From Chloroflexota bacterium (GTDB taxonomy: Bacteria; Chloroflexota; Dehalococcoidia; Dehalococcoidales; UBA2162): DNA of 64,000 bases. Shown one piece after another: positions 39,765-48,124 of the stretch. Below the pieces are notes generated by a model that saw only the letters and a program-made list of their open reading frames with translations, was not told the DNA's origin and searched no databases. Every line of letters starts with the position of its first letter. The stretch's first letter is position 1. The translations under genes were made by a program, and so were the position numbers. The DNA is taken from NCBI GenBank assembly GCA_016190825.1, contig JACPPV010000004.1:141-64140 (forward strand). The letters are read 5' to 3'.

Positions 39765-39862
39765 ATTCGCGTCAGGAGCGGGAATGGTAAGCATTCTGGA
39801 GCGCACTTTGCCACTTTACATCGCGTTGTCATTCCCGCAAAGCTTGTCCCGTACCGTGAATG
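39764..39862 (+). repeat. Decayed composite repeat (3'-arm fragment, D-like piece, truncated type A)
   Basis: gattcgcgtcaggagcgggaatg ... gcattctggagcgc ... gttgtcattcccgcaaagcttgtcccgtaccgtga. The 3' arm of the type A copy is missing. Confidence 0.55.
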
Positions 39863-39941
39863 TGATTCTGTTTTTGTACGAATACGCGTGAGGCGTGCTG
39901 GATCAGACTATCAGAATGAGCGCTGGCTACAGGAGGCAACC

Positions 39942-41321
39942 ATGCTTTTTGAACGGATAAAGTCTGAGGGAATCGCCCATAATTCTTATATGGTTGGCTC
40001 AGGCAATGATGCTGCCGTTATCGACCCCCGCCGTGACTGCGAGGTCTACCTGGATATAGCGCAGCGCCGTGGTATGAGAATCAGCCACATCTTTGAAACA
40101 CACCGAAATGAGGACTATGTGATTGGCTCGGCGGAATTGCAGAATCTCACCGGTGCGGATGTCTACCACGGACCCGGACTGGACTGGAAATACGGCAATA
40201 CGCTGAAAGACGGGCAGGAGTTCCGCATCGGTAGTCTCAGGTTTACTGCCATCCATACCCCGGGGCACACCGACGAAAGCATGTGTTATGCCCTGGCTGA
40301 CCCCGGATCCGGGAAAAACAATGTGATGGTCTTCAGCGGAGACACGTTGTTTATCGGAGACGTTGGTCGGACGGACCTCTATGGATCGGAGGAAGAGGAG
40401 AGACTGGCCTCGAATCTTTACGATAGTCTTTATGGTCGGGTACTCTCCCTCGGCGACTGGGTCATACTCTGCCCCGCTCACGGAGGTGGCTCGATATGCG
40501 GTATGAGCATCGGTGACCGGGATGAAAGCACGCTGGGGCTGGAAAGGCTGCAAAACCCGGCGCTTCAACTGAAGCACAAATCGGACTTTGTCAGGCACAA
40601 ACTGGGCGAAAAGCCGACAAGGCCACCCTACTTCAGCCAGATGGAAAAGTACAACCTGGAAGGGCCTCCACTACTGGGGCGACTGTCGCTTCCACCCCCG
40701 CTGACCCCGCGGGAATTCCGGACTGAGATGGAAAAGGGCACTCTGGTTATTGATGCGGGTGAGCCTGCAGCCTTCGGCGGCGCCCACATTGTCGGCGCCT
40801 ACAGCATCTGGCTCGGTGGTCTGCCCGTTTTTGCCGGCTGGGTCTTGCCCTACGACAGGTCATTACTACTGGTCCTGGAGGACCATGACCCGGCGCACCT
40901 GGATACAGCGGTGCGCCATCTCATCCGGACAGGCTATGACCGCATCGTTGGCTACCTGAAGGGTGGGACCGAGGGGTGGTACAATGCTGGCCTGCCCGTG
41001 GAGAGACTCAACCTGCTTTCCGTCCATGATCTGAAAGCCATGCTGGGCCGTGGGGAAAACATCACCGTGCTGGATGTGCGAGGACAGGCGGAGTGGGAGT
41101 CCGGCCACATTCCCGGTGCGCGGCATATCTATGTCGGCCACATCGAGCAGCGCGTGTCGGAAGTGCCGAAGGATATACCCGTGGCGACGCTATGCGGTAC
41201 GGGACACCGCTCCGGCCTCGCGGCGAGCATCCTCTTGCGCGCCGGCTACCAAAAGGTGTATAACGTGCTTGGCAGCATGACGGCCTGGAAGGCAGCCGGC
41301 TATCCCACCGTCACTGACTGA
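39942..41321 (+). CDS. MBL-fold hydrolase / rhodanese fusion (persulfide dioxygenase-like architecture)
   Basis: MBL core (HTPGHT, FSGDTLFIGDVGRTDL, CPAHGGGSICG). C-terminal rhodanese with CGTGHRS loop. ATG 39942 behind AGGAGG. The track ORF opens at 39888. Confidence 0.8.
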   Translation: MLFERIKSEGIAHNSYMVGSGNDAAVIDPRRDCEVYLDIAQRRGMRISHIFETHRNEDYVIGSAELQNLTGADVYHGPGLDWKYGNTLKDGQEFRIGSLRFTAIHTPGHTDESMCYALADPGSGKNNVMVFSGDTLFIGDVGRTDLYGSEEEERLASNLYDSLYGRVLSLGDWVILCPAHGGGSICGMSIGDRDESTLGLERLQNPALQLKHKSDFVRHKLGEKPTRPPYFSQMEKYNLEGPPLLGRLSLPPPLTPREFRTEMEKGTLVIDAGEPAAFGGAHIVGAYSIWLGGLPVFAGWVLPYDRSLLLVLEDHDPAHLDTAVRHLIRTGYDRIVGYLKGGTEGWYNAGLPVERLNLLSVHDLKAMLGRGENITVLDVRGQAEWESGHIPGARHIYVGHIEQRVSEVPKDIPVATLCGTGHRSGLAASILLRAGYQKVYNVLGSMTAWKAAGYPTVTD

Positions 41322-41356
41322 CTATTTTATGGGAGGAACGTGGCGTTACGATTGGT

Positions 41357-41445
41357 TTGTCATTGGGAGTCCTTCTCAGAAGGACGTGGCAATCTCTATG
41401 ATGTCTATTGAGATCGCCACGTCGCTGCGCTCCTCGCGATGACGG
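41357..41445. repeat. Inverted pair of type C repeats (GTCATTG[GC]GAG...GACGTGGC[AG]ATCTC)
   Basis: ttgtcattgggagtccttctcagaaggacgtggcaatctc faces gagatcgccacgtcgctgcgctcctcgcgatgacgg. The two can form a long hairpin. Confidence 0.65.
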
Positions 41446-41491
41446 CTTATGGTGCGTGCGTTCATGCCAGGGAGAAAGGGAAGGAGAAGCT

Positions 41492-42565
41492 ATGGATGGA
41501 ACAATCCAGTTGATCAAAGAGCTTGCCGAGGCGAGCGGAGTCCCGGGTTACGAAGGTGAGGTTCGGAATGTCATCCGGCGCTACTTTGAGCCGCTCGGCG
41601 AAATCACGCAGGATAAGATCGGCAGCCTCATCTGCCGGAAGAGGGGTGCCACGGATGAACCCAGGATAGTGGTGGCGGGGCATATGGATGAGGTCGGGTT
41701 CATGGTGAAACATATTTCAAAGGAGGGGTTCATCAAGTTTACGCCCCTCGGCGGGTGGTGGGACCATGTGCTGCTCGCCCAACGGGTGCGCATCAAGACG
41801 TCCAAAGGCGATGTCATCGGCGTGATGGGCGCCAAGCCGCCCCATGTCATGTCTCAGGAGGAAAGAAAGAAGATGCTCGAGAAGAAGGACATGTACATCG
41901 ATATCGGCGCCTCATCGGAACAAGAGGTCAGCGAGGCTGGCGTACGTGTCGGCGATCCCGTTATTCCGGTAAGCGACTTTACCGCCCTGGCAAACGGCAA
42001 GACCTACCTATGCAAGGCGCTCGACGACCGCCTTGGCAACGCGCTGGCGATCGCCGCGATGCAGAGGCTGGCAGGTGAAAGCCACCCGAATATGTTGTTC
42101 GGCGTGGCAACCGTCCAGGAGGAACTGGGCGCCAGGGGCGCTACGACGAGCGTCGAGATGGTCAACCCGGATGTCGCCATCATCGTGGAGGTGGATATCG
42201 CCGGGGATGTTCCCGGCATCAAGCCCGAGGATACGCCGGTCAAGCTCGGGGGTGGCCCCGCCCTCCTTGCCTACGATGCGCGAATGATCCCCAACCTCAA
42301 ACTACGCGATCTGGTGATTGATACAGCGCAGAAGAACAACATACCGCTCCAGATTTCGGCGATGGAGGGTGGCGCCACCGATGGCAGTGCCATCCACCTG
42401 CACAAGAGCGGAGTACCGACGGTGGTGCTCTCCGTGCCTACGCGGCACATCCACAGCCATAACGCCATATTCCACAGGGAGGACTTTGACAAGACTGTCG
42501 ACCTGCTGACGAAAGTGATTCAGGCGCTGGACGCAAAGACGGTGGCAGATTTGACGGCGTGGTAA
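41492..42565 (+). CDS. M42 family aminopeptidase (FrvX/PepA-like)
   Basis: MDGTIQLIKELAEASGVPGYE is a typical start. AGHMDEVGF and ALDDRLG motifs. The track ORF opens at 41408, inside the repeat. Confidence 0.85.
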   Translation: MDGTIQLIKELAEASGVPGYEGEVRNVIRRYFEPLGEITQDKIGSLICRKRGATDEPRIVVAGHMDEVGFMVKHISKEGFIKFTPLGGWWDHVLLAQRVRIKTSKGDVIGVMGAKPPHVMSQEERKKMLEKKDMYIDIGASSEQEVSEAGVRVGDPVIPVSDFTALANGKTYLCKALDDRLGNALAIAAMQRLAGESHPNMLFGVATVQEELGARGATTSVEMVNPDVAIIVEVDIAGDVPGIKPEDTPVKLGGGPALLAYDARMIPNLKLRDLVIDTAQKNNIPLQISAMEGGATDGSAIHLHKSGVPTVVLSVPTRHIHSHNAIFHREDFDKTVDLLTKVIQALDAKTVADLTAW

Positions 42566-42602
42566 GAGGGATTACTCCTTTGTTTGCCGGGGTATTCTCC
42601 CA

Positions 42603-42707
42603 CTGTCATTCTGAGGAGCAAAGCGACGAATGACCCGTTTTCAGAGGGAGACACTATGGATTCTTCGCGGAGTTTACACTGAGCAAAGCGAATGTGCTCA
42701 GAATGAC
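42603..42707. repeat. Two type D repeats in opposite orientation
   Basis: ctgtcattctgaggagcaaagcgacgaatgacc (42603..42634) and ggattcttcgcggagtttacactgagcaaagcgaatgtgctcagaatgac (42658..42707). Confidence 0.6.
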
Positions 42708-42741
42708 TTGAACGGTATTTCTGAGGCAACGGCACCGAAAG

Positions 42742-44136
42742 TCATCCGCCCACCGGCAGTTCGATGAAGAAAGTGGCGCCTTTACCCGGCTCACTCTCCG
42801 CCCAAATGCGGCCGTGGTGCTCAGTTACGACGCCGTGGCAGATGCTCAAGCCCAGGCCGGTGCCTTTGCCCACCTCCTTGGTGGTGAAAAAGGGGCTGAA
42901 CAGCTTTGACATGTGCTCCGGGCTGATCCCCGGGCCGTCATCGGCGAAGGAAATCCTGACCTTATCTCCGGCGTGCTCGGTGGTCACCGTGAGGGTGCCT
43001 TTGTCATGTGCCTCGATCATGAAATACTCAGCGTTGATAATTATGTTCATAAAGACCTGCTGGAGCTGGAAGCCATCATCCATAATAAGAGGCAGGTCCG
43101 GGGCAAGGCGGGCGGACACCTCGATGTTATGGACCTTTTGCTCATAGGCGCGCAGTGAAAGGACGTTTTGAATCGCCGCGTTGACATCCGTGGGCTGTCT
43201 TGCCGCCGGCTGTCTGCGGGCAAAGGTGAGGAGATTTTTCACGATTCCCGCGGTCCGTTTTGCCTCTTTGTTGATGAGTTCCACGTCTCCCCTGACATTC
43301 TGCGGAAGGTCTTTACTCTCCGCAAGCAGCTCGGAGAAACCAATAATGCTGGTCAAAGGGTTGTTAAGCTCGTGGGCTACACCCGCCGCCAGCTCTCCGA
43401 TGGAAGCCAGCCGGCCGGTGTGGTACAGTTGGGTCTGTCTTTCCCGCTCCGCCTCTGAGGCGCTGGTAAGCATTGTAACCGGGTTGATGATTGCCCGACG
43501 AAGAGCGTAGGTCAGGACTGCGCCTACCGCAACTATGGTGATCCCGCCGAAGACCAGCATCAGCCGCAGTTGATGGTTGAGCTGGGCTTGGAGAGGCACT
43601 TTGTCAACGCCGACCGCGATGGCTCCGAGCGCACTTATTTCAGGACTATGGCAGGTACGGCATTCTGGCTCATTCATTAAAGGCAGGACGATGGATAAGC
43701 GGTCTCCGGAAGCTCTCTCATTTTCGAACTGCGGCTCTCCTGATGCCATGGCGCGAAGAACAGCTTTATCGCTGGCGCGGGCAGTGTTTCCCGAAGAATG
43801 GCTTGAAGCGTAGACCTGCCCGCTGGCAGAGAAAATCACTGCTTCCCTGATCATTCCATATGGAGTGACGATTTCGCCGAGTTCCTGGCTGAGGTGATCC
43901 CGGTCTGCCTTCTGCATGTCTGCCTTGAAGTGCAGCCAGACCAGGTTAGCCATTGTCAGCGCCGCCCGGTTGTAGACAGCGATGGTATCTTGCTGTTCGG
44001 TGTAAAGCAGAATAGCGGCGGCCGGAACGGCGATGAGAAGCGAGACTCCGAAAACCAGCAGCGTTGTTCTGAGCTGCAGGTTCAATTTCGCTATCGGATA
44101 GCTCATCTTGCCACAATATAGCCGTATTCTGGCCAA
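42742..44136 (-). CDS. Membrane sensor histidine kinase with extracytoplasmic CxxCH-containing domain
   Basis: Two TM segments flank a domain of about 145 aa that contains CRTCH (43648..43662). HisKA (AHELNNPLTS) and HATPase (GTGLGLSI). The start may instead be 44106. Confidence 0.8.
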   Translation of the reverse strand: MARIRLYCGKMSYPIAKLNLQLRTTLLVFGVSLLIAVPAAAILLYTEQQDTIAVYNRAALTMANLVWLHFKADMQKADRDHLSQELGEIVTPYGMIREAVIFSASGQVYASSHSSGNTARASDKAVLRAMASGEPQFENERASGDRLSIVLPLMNEPECRTCHSPEISALGAIAVGVDKVPLQAQLNHQLRLMLVFGGITIVAVGAVLTYALRRAIINPVTMLTSASEAERERQTQLYHTGRLASIGELAAGVAHELNNPLTSIIGFSELLAESKDLPQNVRGDVELINKEAKRTAGIVKNLLTFARRQPAARQPTDVNAAIQNVLSLRAYEQKVHNIEVSARLAPDLPLIMDDGFQLQQVFMNIIINAEYFMIEAHDKGTLTVTTEHAGDKVRISFADDGPGISPEHMSKLFSPFFTTKEVGKGTGLGLSICHGVVTEHHGRIWAESEPGKGATFFIELPVGG

Positions 44137-44193
44137 GTGTCAAGAACGCCTGATGAACCGCGCGCGGACTTCCTCTAATGTGGAGGCTGGCTG

Positions 44194-44589
44194 CTAGCCT
44201 TCCAGGCGCTCCAGGGCTTCCTTCACCTTGTTCCGCAGCTCTTCAGGGGTAAATGGTTTGGGCAGGAATGGTCTGCCGGTCTGTTCCAGGAACTCTATTG
44301 TGTCCTTGCCGATGATATCCCCGGAGGTAAAGAGCACCCGTTTGGCGAGCGGGGGATGGTTCTCCGCCAGCCAGTTGTAGAATTCTTTGCCGTCCATCGC
44401 CGGAGTCCGGATGTCAGCGAGCAAAAGCAGATACGGTTTGGATGAAGCTACCTGCTGGGCCACTCTGCCATTAGCCGCGATGTCCACCTCAAATCCCTCC
44501 GCTGTCAGGGTCCTGGCACAGACTTCTGCTATGGCCGGTTCATCTTCGATGACCAGTATCCTTTTTGGATCAGACCTTATGGTTTCCAT
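44194..44589 (-). CDS. Single-domain response regulator (CheY-like receiver)
   Basis: 131 aa. ILVIEDEP, LLLADIRTP and PKPF motifs. No output domain. Confidence 0.85.
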   Translation of the reverse strand: METIRSDPKRILVIEDEPAIAEVCARTLTAEGFEVDIAANGRVAQQVASSKPYLLLLADIRTPAMDGKEFYNWLAENHPPLAKRVLFTSGDIIGKDTIEFLEQTGRPFLPKPFTPEELRNKVKEALERLEG

Positions 44590-46615
44590 GTTCTATACTC
44601 CAATCTTTGAGGCAGGGGGGCAGCTTGATTGTGAAAAGAGCTCCCTGACCTGGCTCGCTCTCGCAATAAAGCTGGCCGCCATGCTCGGCGATTATGCCGT
44701 GGCAGAGGCTCAGTCCCAGCCCGGTACCTTTGCCCACGGCTTTCGTTGTGAAAAAGGGATCGAAGATGCGGCCCAGGTCCTTTTTGGCGATGCCCGGGCC
44801 ATCATCGGCAATGCTGACCCGGACAGCCTTATCGTCCATCTCAGCGGTAATTGTCAGGGTGCCTTTTCCATGCGCCTCGACCATGAAGTATTCTGCGTTG
44901 ATGATAATGTTTATGAGTGTCTGCTGGAATTGGAAACTATCGGCGGTGACCGGAGGCAGGTTGTCTGCCAGATGGGTGACAACCTGGATATTGTTCGCGC
45001 GGTGCTGGTAGGCGCGCAGAGAGAGCACGTTCTGGATTGCGGTGTTTACATCGAGGGGCGCTTTTGCCGTTGTCTGTCCCCTGGCAAAGGCCAGAAGATT
45101 CCGGACGGTCGTTGCCGCCCTGTGGGACTCTCGCCGTATGATTTCCAGGTCAGGTATGGCATCCTCCGGCAGGTCCTGCCGGCTGAAAAGGAGCTCGGCG
45201 AAGCCAAGAATACTGGTCAGGGGATTATTGATTTCATGGGCGATGCCTGATGCCAGCTCACCGACCGAGGCAAGGCGGTCAGCCACCAGGAGCCGCTCTT
45301 CCAGCTTCTTGAACTCAGTGATGTCCCGGCTCACCCAGATGAAGCCGATCGGTTGTCCGGCGGCATTGCGGATGATTGCGGTGCTTGCCTCGCCCGAAAA
45401 CTCCCGCCCATCCTTACGCCGGAAAGTGTACTCCACGTGCTGCAACGGCGTCCCGTTAAGAACTTTGGTTCGGTTCTCATGCAATTTGCTGAGGTCTTTC
45501 TCCACGACAAGCTCTTCCAACCGTTTTCCGATTAACTCCTCTTTGCTGTCACAGCCATGCATGCGCACTTTGGCTTCGTTCACTCGCACTATCCTGCCTT
45601 CCAGGTCAACGACGGTCACCCCGTCAGCCAAAGACTCAAACATTAGTCTGAGGATTTCCTCTGATTGCCGTAGCGCCTCATTTGCCCGCCGATATTGCTC
45701 AGCTTGGCGTATTCTCTGGATGCCGAGGGAAATGTTCCCGGCTATCTCGCTGAGGAGCGCCAGTTCCTCAGCGTCAAATGCGTCCGCATATCTTGAGCAG
45801 ACGGTTAGCGCACCGAGCATTTCGTCGCCGACCTTCAGCGGCAGCGCCGCCGCCGACCGGTAGCCCGTCACGAGCGCCTCTTCACGCCACGGCCGGTACC
45901 ATGGGTCATTGGCGACATCCCGTATGACGAAGGGGCGCCCCATCTTGACGGCCATATCCGCAGGGCCGCTCCCATATTCGGGATTGTCCACCCCGCGCCT
46001 GAGAGAAGACAGGAAGGTCTCATCAAACCCGGCGTGGGCCACTGGCGTGACTTCAGGGGAACCCTCACGGATAAAGCCGATCCACACCAGTTTATAGTTC
46101 TGGCTTGCGATGATGAGGACGCAAGCCTTACGCAGCAATTCCTCCTCTTCATCGTTCTCCAACACGAGTTGGCCTATCTGTCCGAGTAACCTCAGGGTCT
46201 GGCCTAGGCGCTGCGCCTTTTCCTCAGCAAGTTTGCGTTCGGTAATGTTCATGAAATTGCCGAAGGCTGCCCGTTTCCCCCGGTATTCGATTGAGGTCAC
46301 CGTCTCCAGGATGTGGATTATTTCGTCGTCCTTTTTCAGCACGCGGTACTCGTAGGGTGAGGTGCGGTGGCCCTTGAGCATCAGGATAGCGTTCACGCGG
46401 ACGGCCTCCCTATCCTCGGGGTGGACCAGCCTCAGCGATTCCATGCCCAGCAGTTCAGTCTCAGTATGGCCCGTTTCTTTCTGAAACTGGAGGTTGACCA
46501 TCTGGAATTTTCCATCCTGGACGATATAGAGCCCGATGGGGGAATTATCTATGATATTTTCCGGTGATGGCTCAACCCTCGTTGTCCGCTCTTCGTCCGC
46601 GCTGTAATGTTGCAT
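44570..46615 (-). CDS. Cytoplasmic PAS-GAF-PAS sensor histidine kinase
   Basis: 681 aa with no TM segment. PAS-like, GAF-like and PAS-like blocks, then HisKA (AHEINNPLTS) and HATPase (GTGLGLSL). The 3' end overlaps the receiver gene by 20 nt. Confidence 0.85.
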   Translation of the reverse strand: MQHYSADEERTTRVEPSPENIIDNSPIGLYIVQDGKFQMVNLQFQKETGHTETELLGMESLRLVHPEDREAVRVNAILMLKGHRTSPYEYRVLKKDDEIIHILETVTSIEYRGKRAAFGNFMNITERKLAEEKAQRLGQTLRLLGQIGQLVLENDEEEELLRKACVLIIASQNYKLVWIGFIREGSPEVTPVAHAGFDETFLSSLRRGVDNPEYGSGPADMAVKMGRPFVIRDVANDPWYRPWREEALVTGYRSAAALPLKVGDEMLGALTVCSRYADAFDAEELALLSEIAGNISLGIQRIRQAEQYRRANEALRQSEEILRLMFESLADGVTVVDLEGRIVRVNEAKVRMHGCDSKEELIGKRLEELVVEKDLSKLHENRTKVLNGTPLQHVEYTFRRKDGREFSGEASTAIIRNAAGQPIGFIWVSRDITEFKKLEERLLVADRLASVGELASGIAHEINNPLTSILGFAELLFSRQDLPEDAIPDLEIIRRESHRAATTVRNLLAFARGQTTAKAPLDVNTAIQNVLSLRAYQHRANNIQVVTHLADNLPPVTADSFQFQQTLINIIINAEYFMVEAHGKGTLTITAEMDDKAVRVSIADDGPGIAKKDLGRIFDPFFTTKAVGKGTGLGLSLCHGIIAEHGGQLYCESEPGQGALFTIKLPPCLKDWSIEHGNHKV

Positions 46616-46714
46616 ATCAGCTTTCCCTCCCGGCTGGCCTTCGCCGGGGCAGTTACGGGCTGCACTTGCTTTTTGTCACAATGCCATTGCCAGTAGTCCA
46701 GCCAGACAAATATA

Positions 46715-46743
46715 ATTCTACATACTCTTGTCTACAGTGTCAA
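46715..46743 (-). promoter_or_regulatory. sigma70-like promoter candidate for the HK-RR-HK operon
   Basis: On the minus strand: TTGACA (46743..46738), 17-nt spacer, TAGAAT (46720..46715). It lies about 100 nt upstream of the start at 46615. Confidence 0.5.
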
Positions 46744-46801
46744 ACACAAAGGTATCAGGTTCATGAGCCGAAAGTATAATTGCCAGATGGCGAAAAATGG
46801 C

Positions 46802-47203
46802 TTACCTGATAATGAAGGGTATGATGAGGGCGATCAAACCGGTAAAGAGGACGGCGAACATGAAGAGGTTATATCTCGTCCTGTAGTCGCCGAGAAGTGA
46901 TGGGTCATAGTAACCTTCCACGCCCTGGTCTTTGTACATTTTCATGAGACCATTCAACAGCTTTGCCCTCGTTTGCCTTCCCCTGATTAGTCCCATCTCT
47001 GCCACGATATTGACGACTATCAGAAGGGCGACAAAGGTAAACATCACGATAGTCTGGGTAAATCCATCCCCACCCTGCGAAACGGCGGAGTTAATCGCCA
47101 GCGTAATCAGGTTCAGGATAATCGCCGTCAGGATGAAAATGGTATCGGTACGGGTATTTGCCTGTAGCTCGCTTAAGAGGTGCTCGTGAACTCGTTCAAT
47201 CAT
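46802..47203 (-). CDS. Small integral membrane protein, unknown function
   Basis: 133 aa with three predicted hydrophobic helices. No recognisable motif. Confidence 0.55.
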   Translation of the reverse strand: MIERVHEHLLSELQANTRTDTIFILTAIILNLITLAINSAVSQGGDGFTQTIVMFTFVALLIVVNIVAEMGLIRGRQTRAKLLNGLMKMYKDQGVEGYYDPSLLGDYRTRYNLFMFAVLFTGLIALIIPFIIR

Positions 47204-47221
47204 TGGTCCTCCCTTTGCGTT

Positions 47222-48055
47222 CTATTGCTGCCTACCCAGGCGCATAAATATGAAGATGAACACCGCCACCGCGATGACTCCGATAATGCCTCCAAGCAAG
47301 GGCCAGAAAGATGACGATTTGACGGTCAAGAAGATATTGGTCACTCTCTTGATCTCGTTCGCCTCGGCGATGACGGTGACTACGTGGCTTCCCCGGGTGG
47401 TTTTGGCTTCTGGAGTGACGATAATGTCAATCGTCTGAAGTCTGCCGGCTTCCAGCCGCTCGATTTCCCCCGGCCTGAACTCAACGCTCCAGCCCCTTGG
47501 CTCATCCGAGGAAAACTTGATGCCCTTAAGCTCATCAGTGCCGGTATTTCTGACCTCGACAAATAGCCGGTTTTCCCGGCCGGCTCTAACCTCGTTGTTA
47601 AAACTCCGTGGAGTGACCGTCAGAACAAAATCCAACGATGGGGACGTCACCGTCAGGAAAACATCGGTTACTCTACGGACCTCGTTTGCCTCTGCAATGA
47701 TAGTTATGGAGAAACCGCGCTGAGAGGCATTGCGCTCCGGTGTGATAAAGATGTCAACCGTTTGAACATCACCGGCGGCCAGGCGCTCAATCTCGGCCGG
47801 TCTGAACTCAACAACCCAGCCAGCCGGCCTGGTCGAGGCAAATCTCAGGCGCGTAAGCTCTTCGGTGCCGGTATTTCTGACCTCGACAAATAGCCGATTT
47901 TCCTGTCCCGCCTTGACCTCTTTATTGAGATCGCGCGGGAACACTGTCAGGGTCAGGTCTATTCTTTCCTGAGCGAAAGCCGGCTGAGACAGCAGGGCGA
48001 TTAGAAGAACGACAGGCAGCAGAAAGCATTGTTTGATATAACCTGCCTTTATCAT
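47222..48055 (-). CDS. Secreted, C-terminally anchored protein with two tandem NEW3/CARDB-like beta-sandwich repeats
   Basis: 277 aa. Signal peptide, two units of about 109 aa (ENRLFVEVRNTGT[ED]EL...), and a C-terminal TM helix. An identical 32-mer occurs at 47538..47569 and 47865..47896. Confidence 0.65.
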   Translation of the reverse strand: MIKAGYIKQCFLLPVVLLIALLSQPAFAQERIDLTLTVFPRDLNKEVKAGQENRLFVEVRNTGTEELTRLRFASTRPAGWVVEFRPAEIERLAAGDVQTVDIFITPERNASQRGFSITIIAEANEVRRVTDVFLTVTSPSLDFVLTVTPRSFNNEVRAGRENRLFVEVRNTGTDELKGIKFSSDEPRGWSVEFRPGEIERLEAGRLQTIDIIVTPEAKTTRGSHVVTVIAEANEIKRVTNIFLTVKSSSFWPLLGGIIGVIAVAVFIFIFMRLGRQQ

Positions 48056-48124
48056 ACGCCCACCTGTTAGAAACCATCCGCCAACAAACCGGCAACGACG
48101 GAAGACGCTCCACTCGGCAGTCTC

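Noticed and set aside
5454-41491. N-terminal extensions of track ORFs (5454, 8676, 17408, 20257, 23410, 24458, 26238, 28911, 37638, 39888, 41408).
   Set aside because: In each case an internal start with a good SD gives the canonical family N-terminus. The extension overlaps the previous gene or an intergenic repeat.
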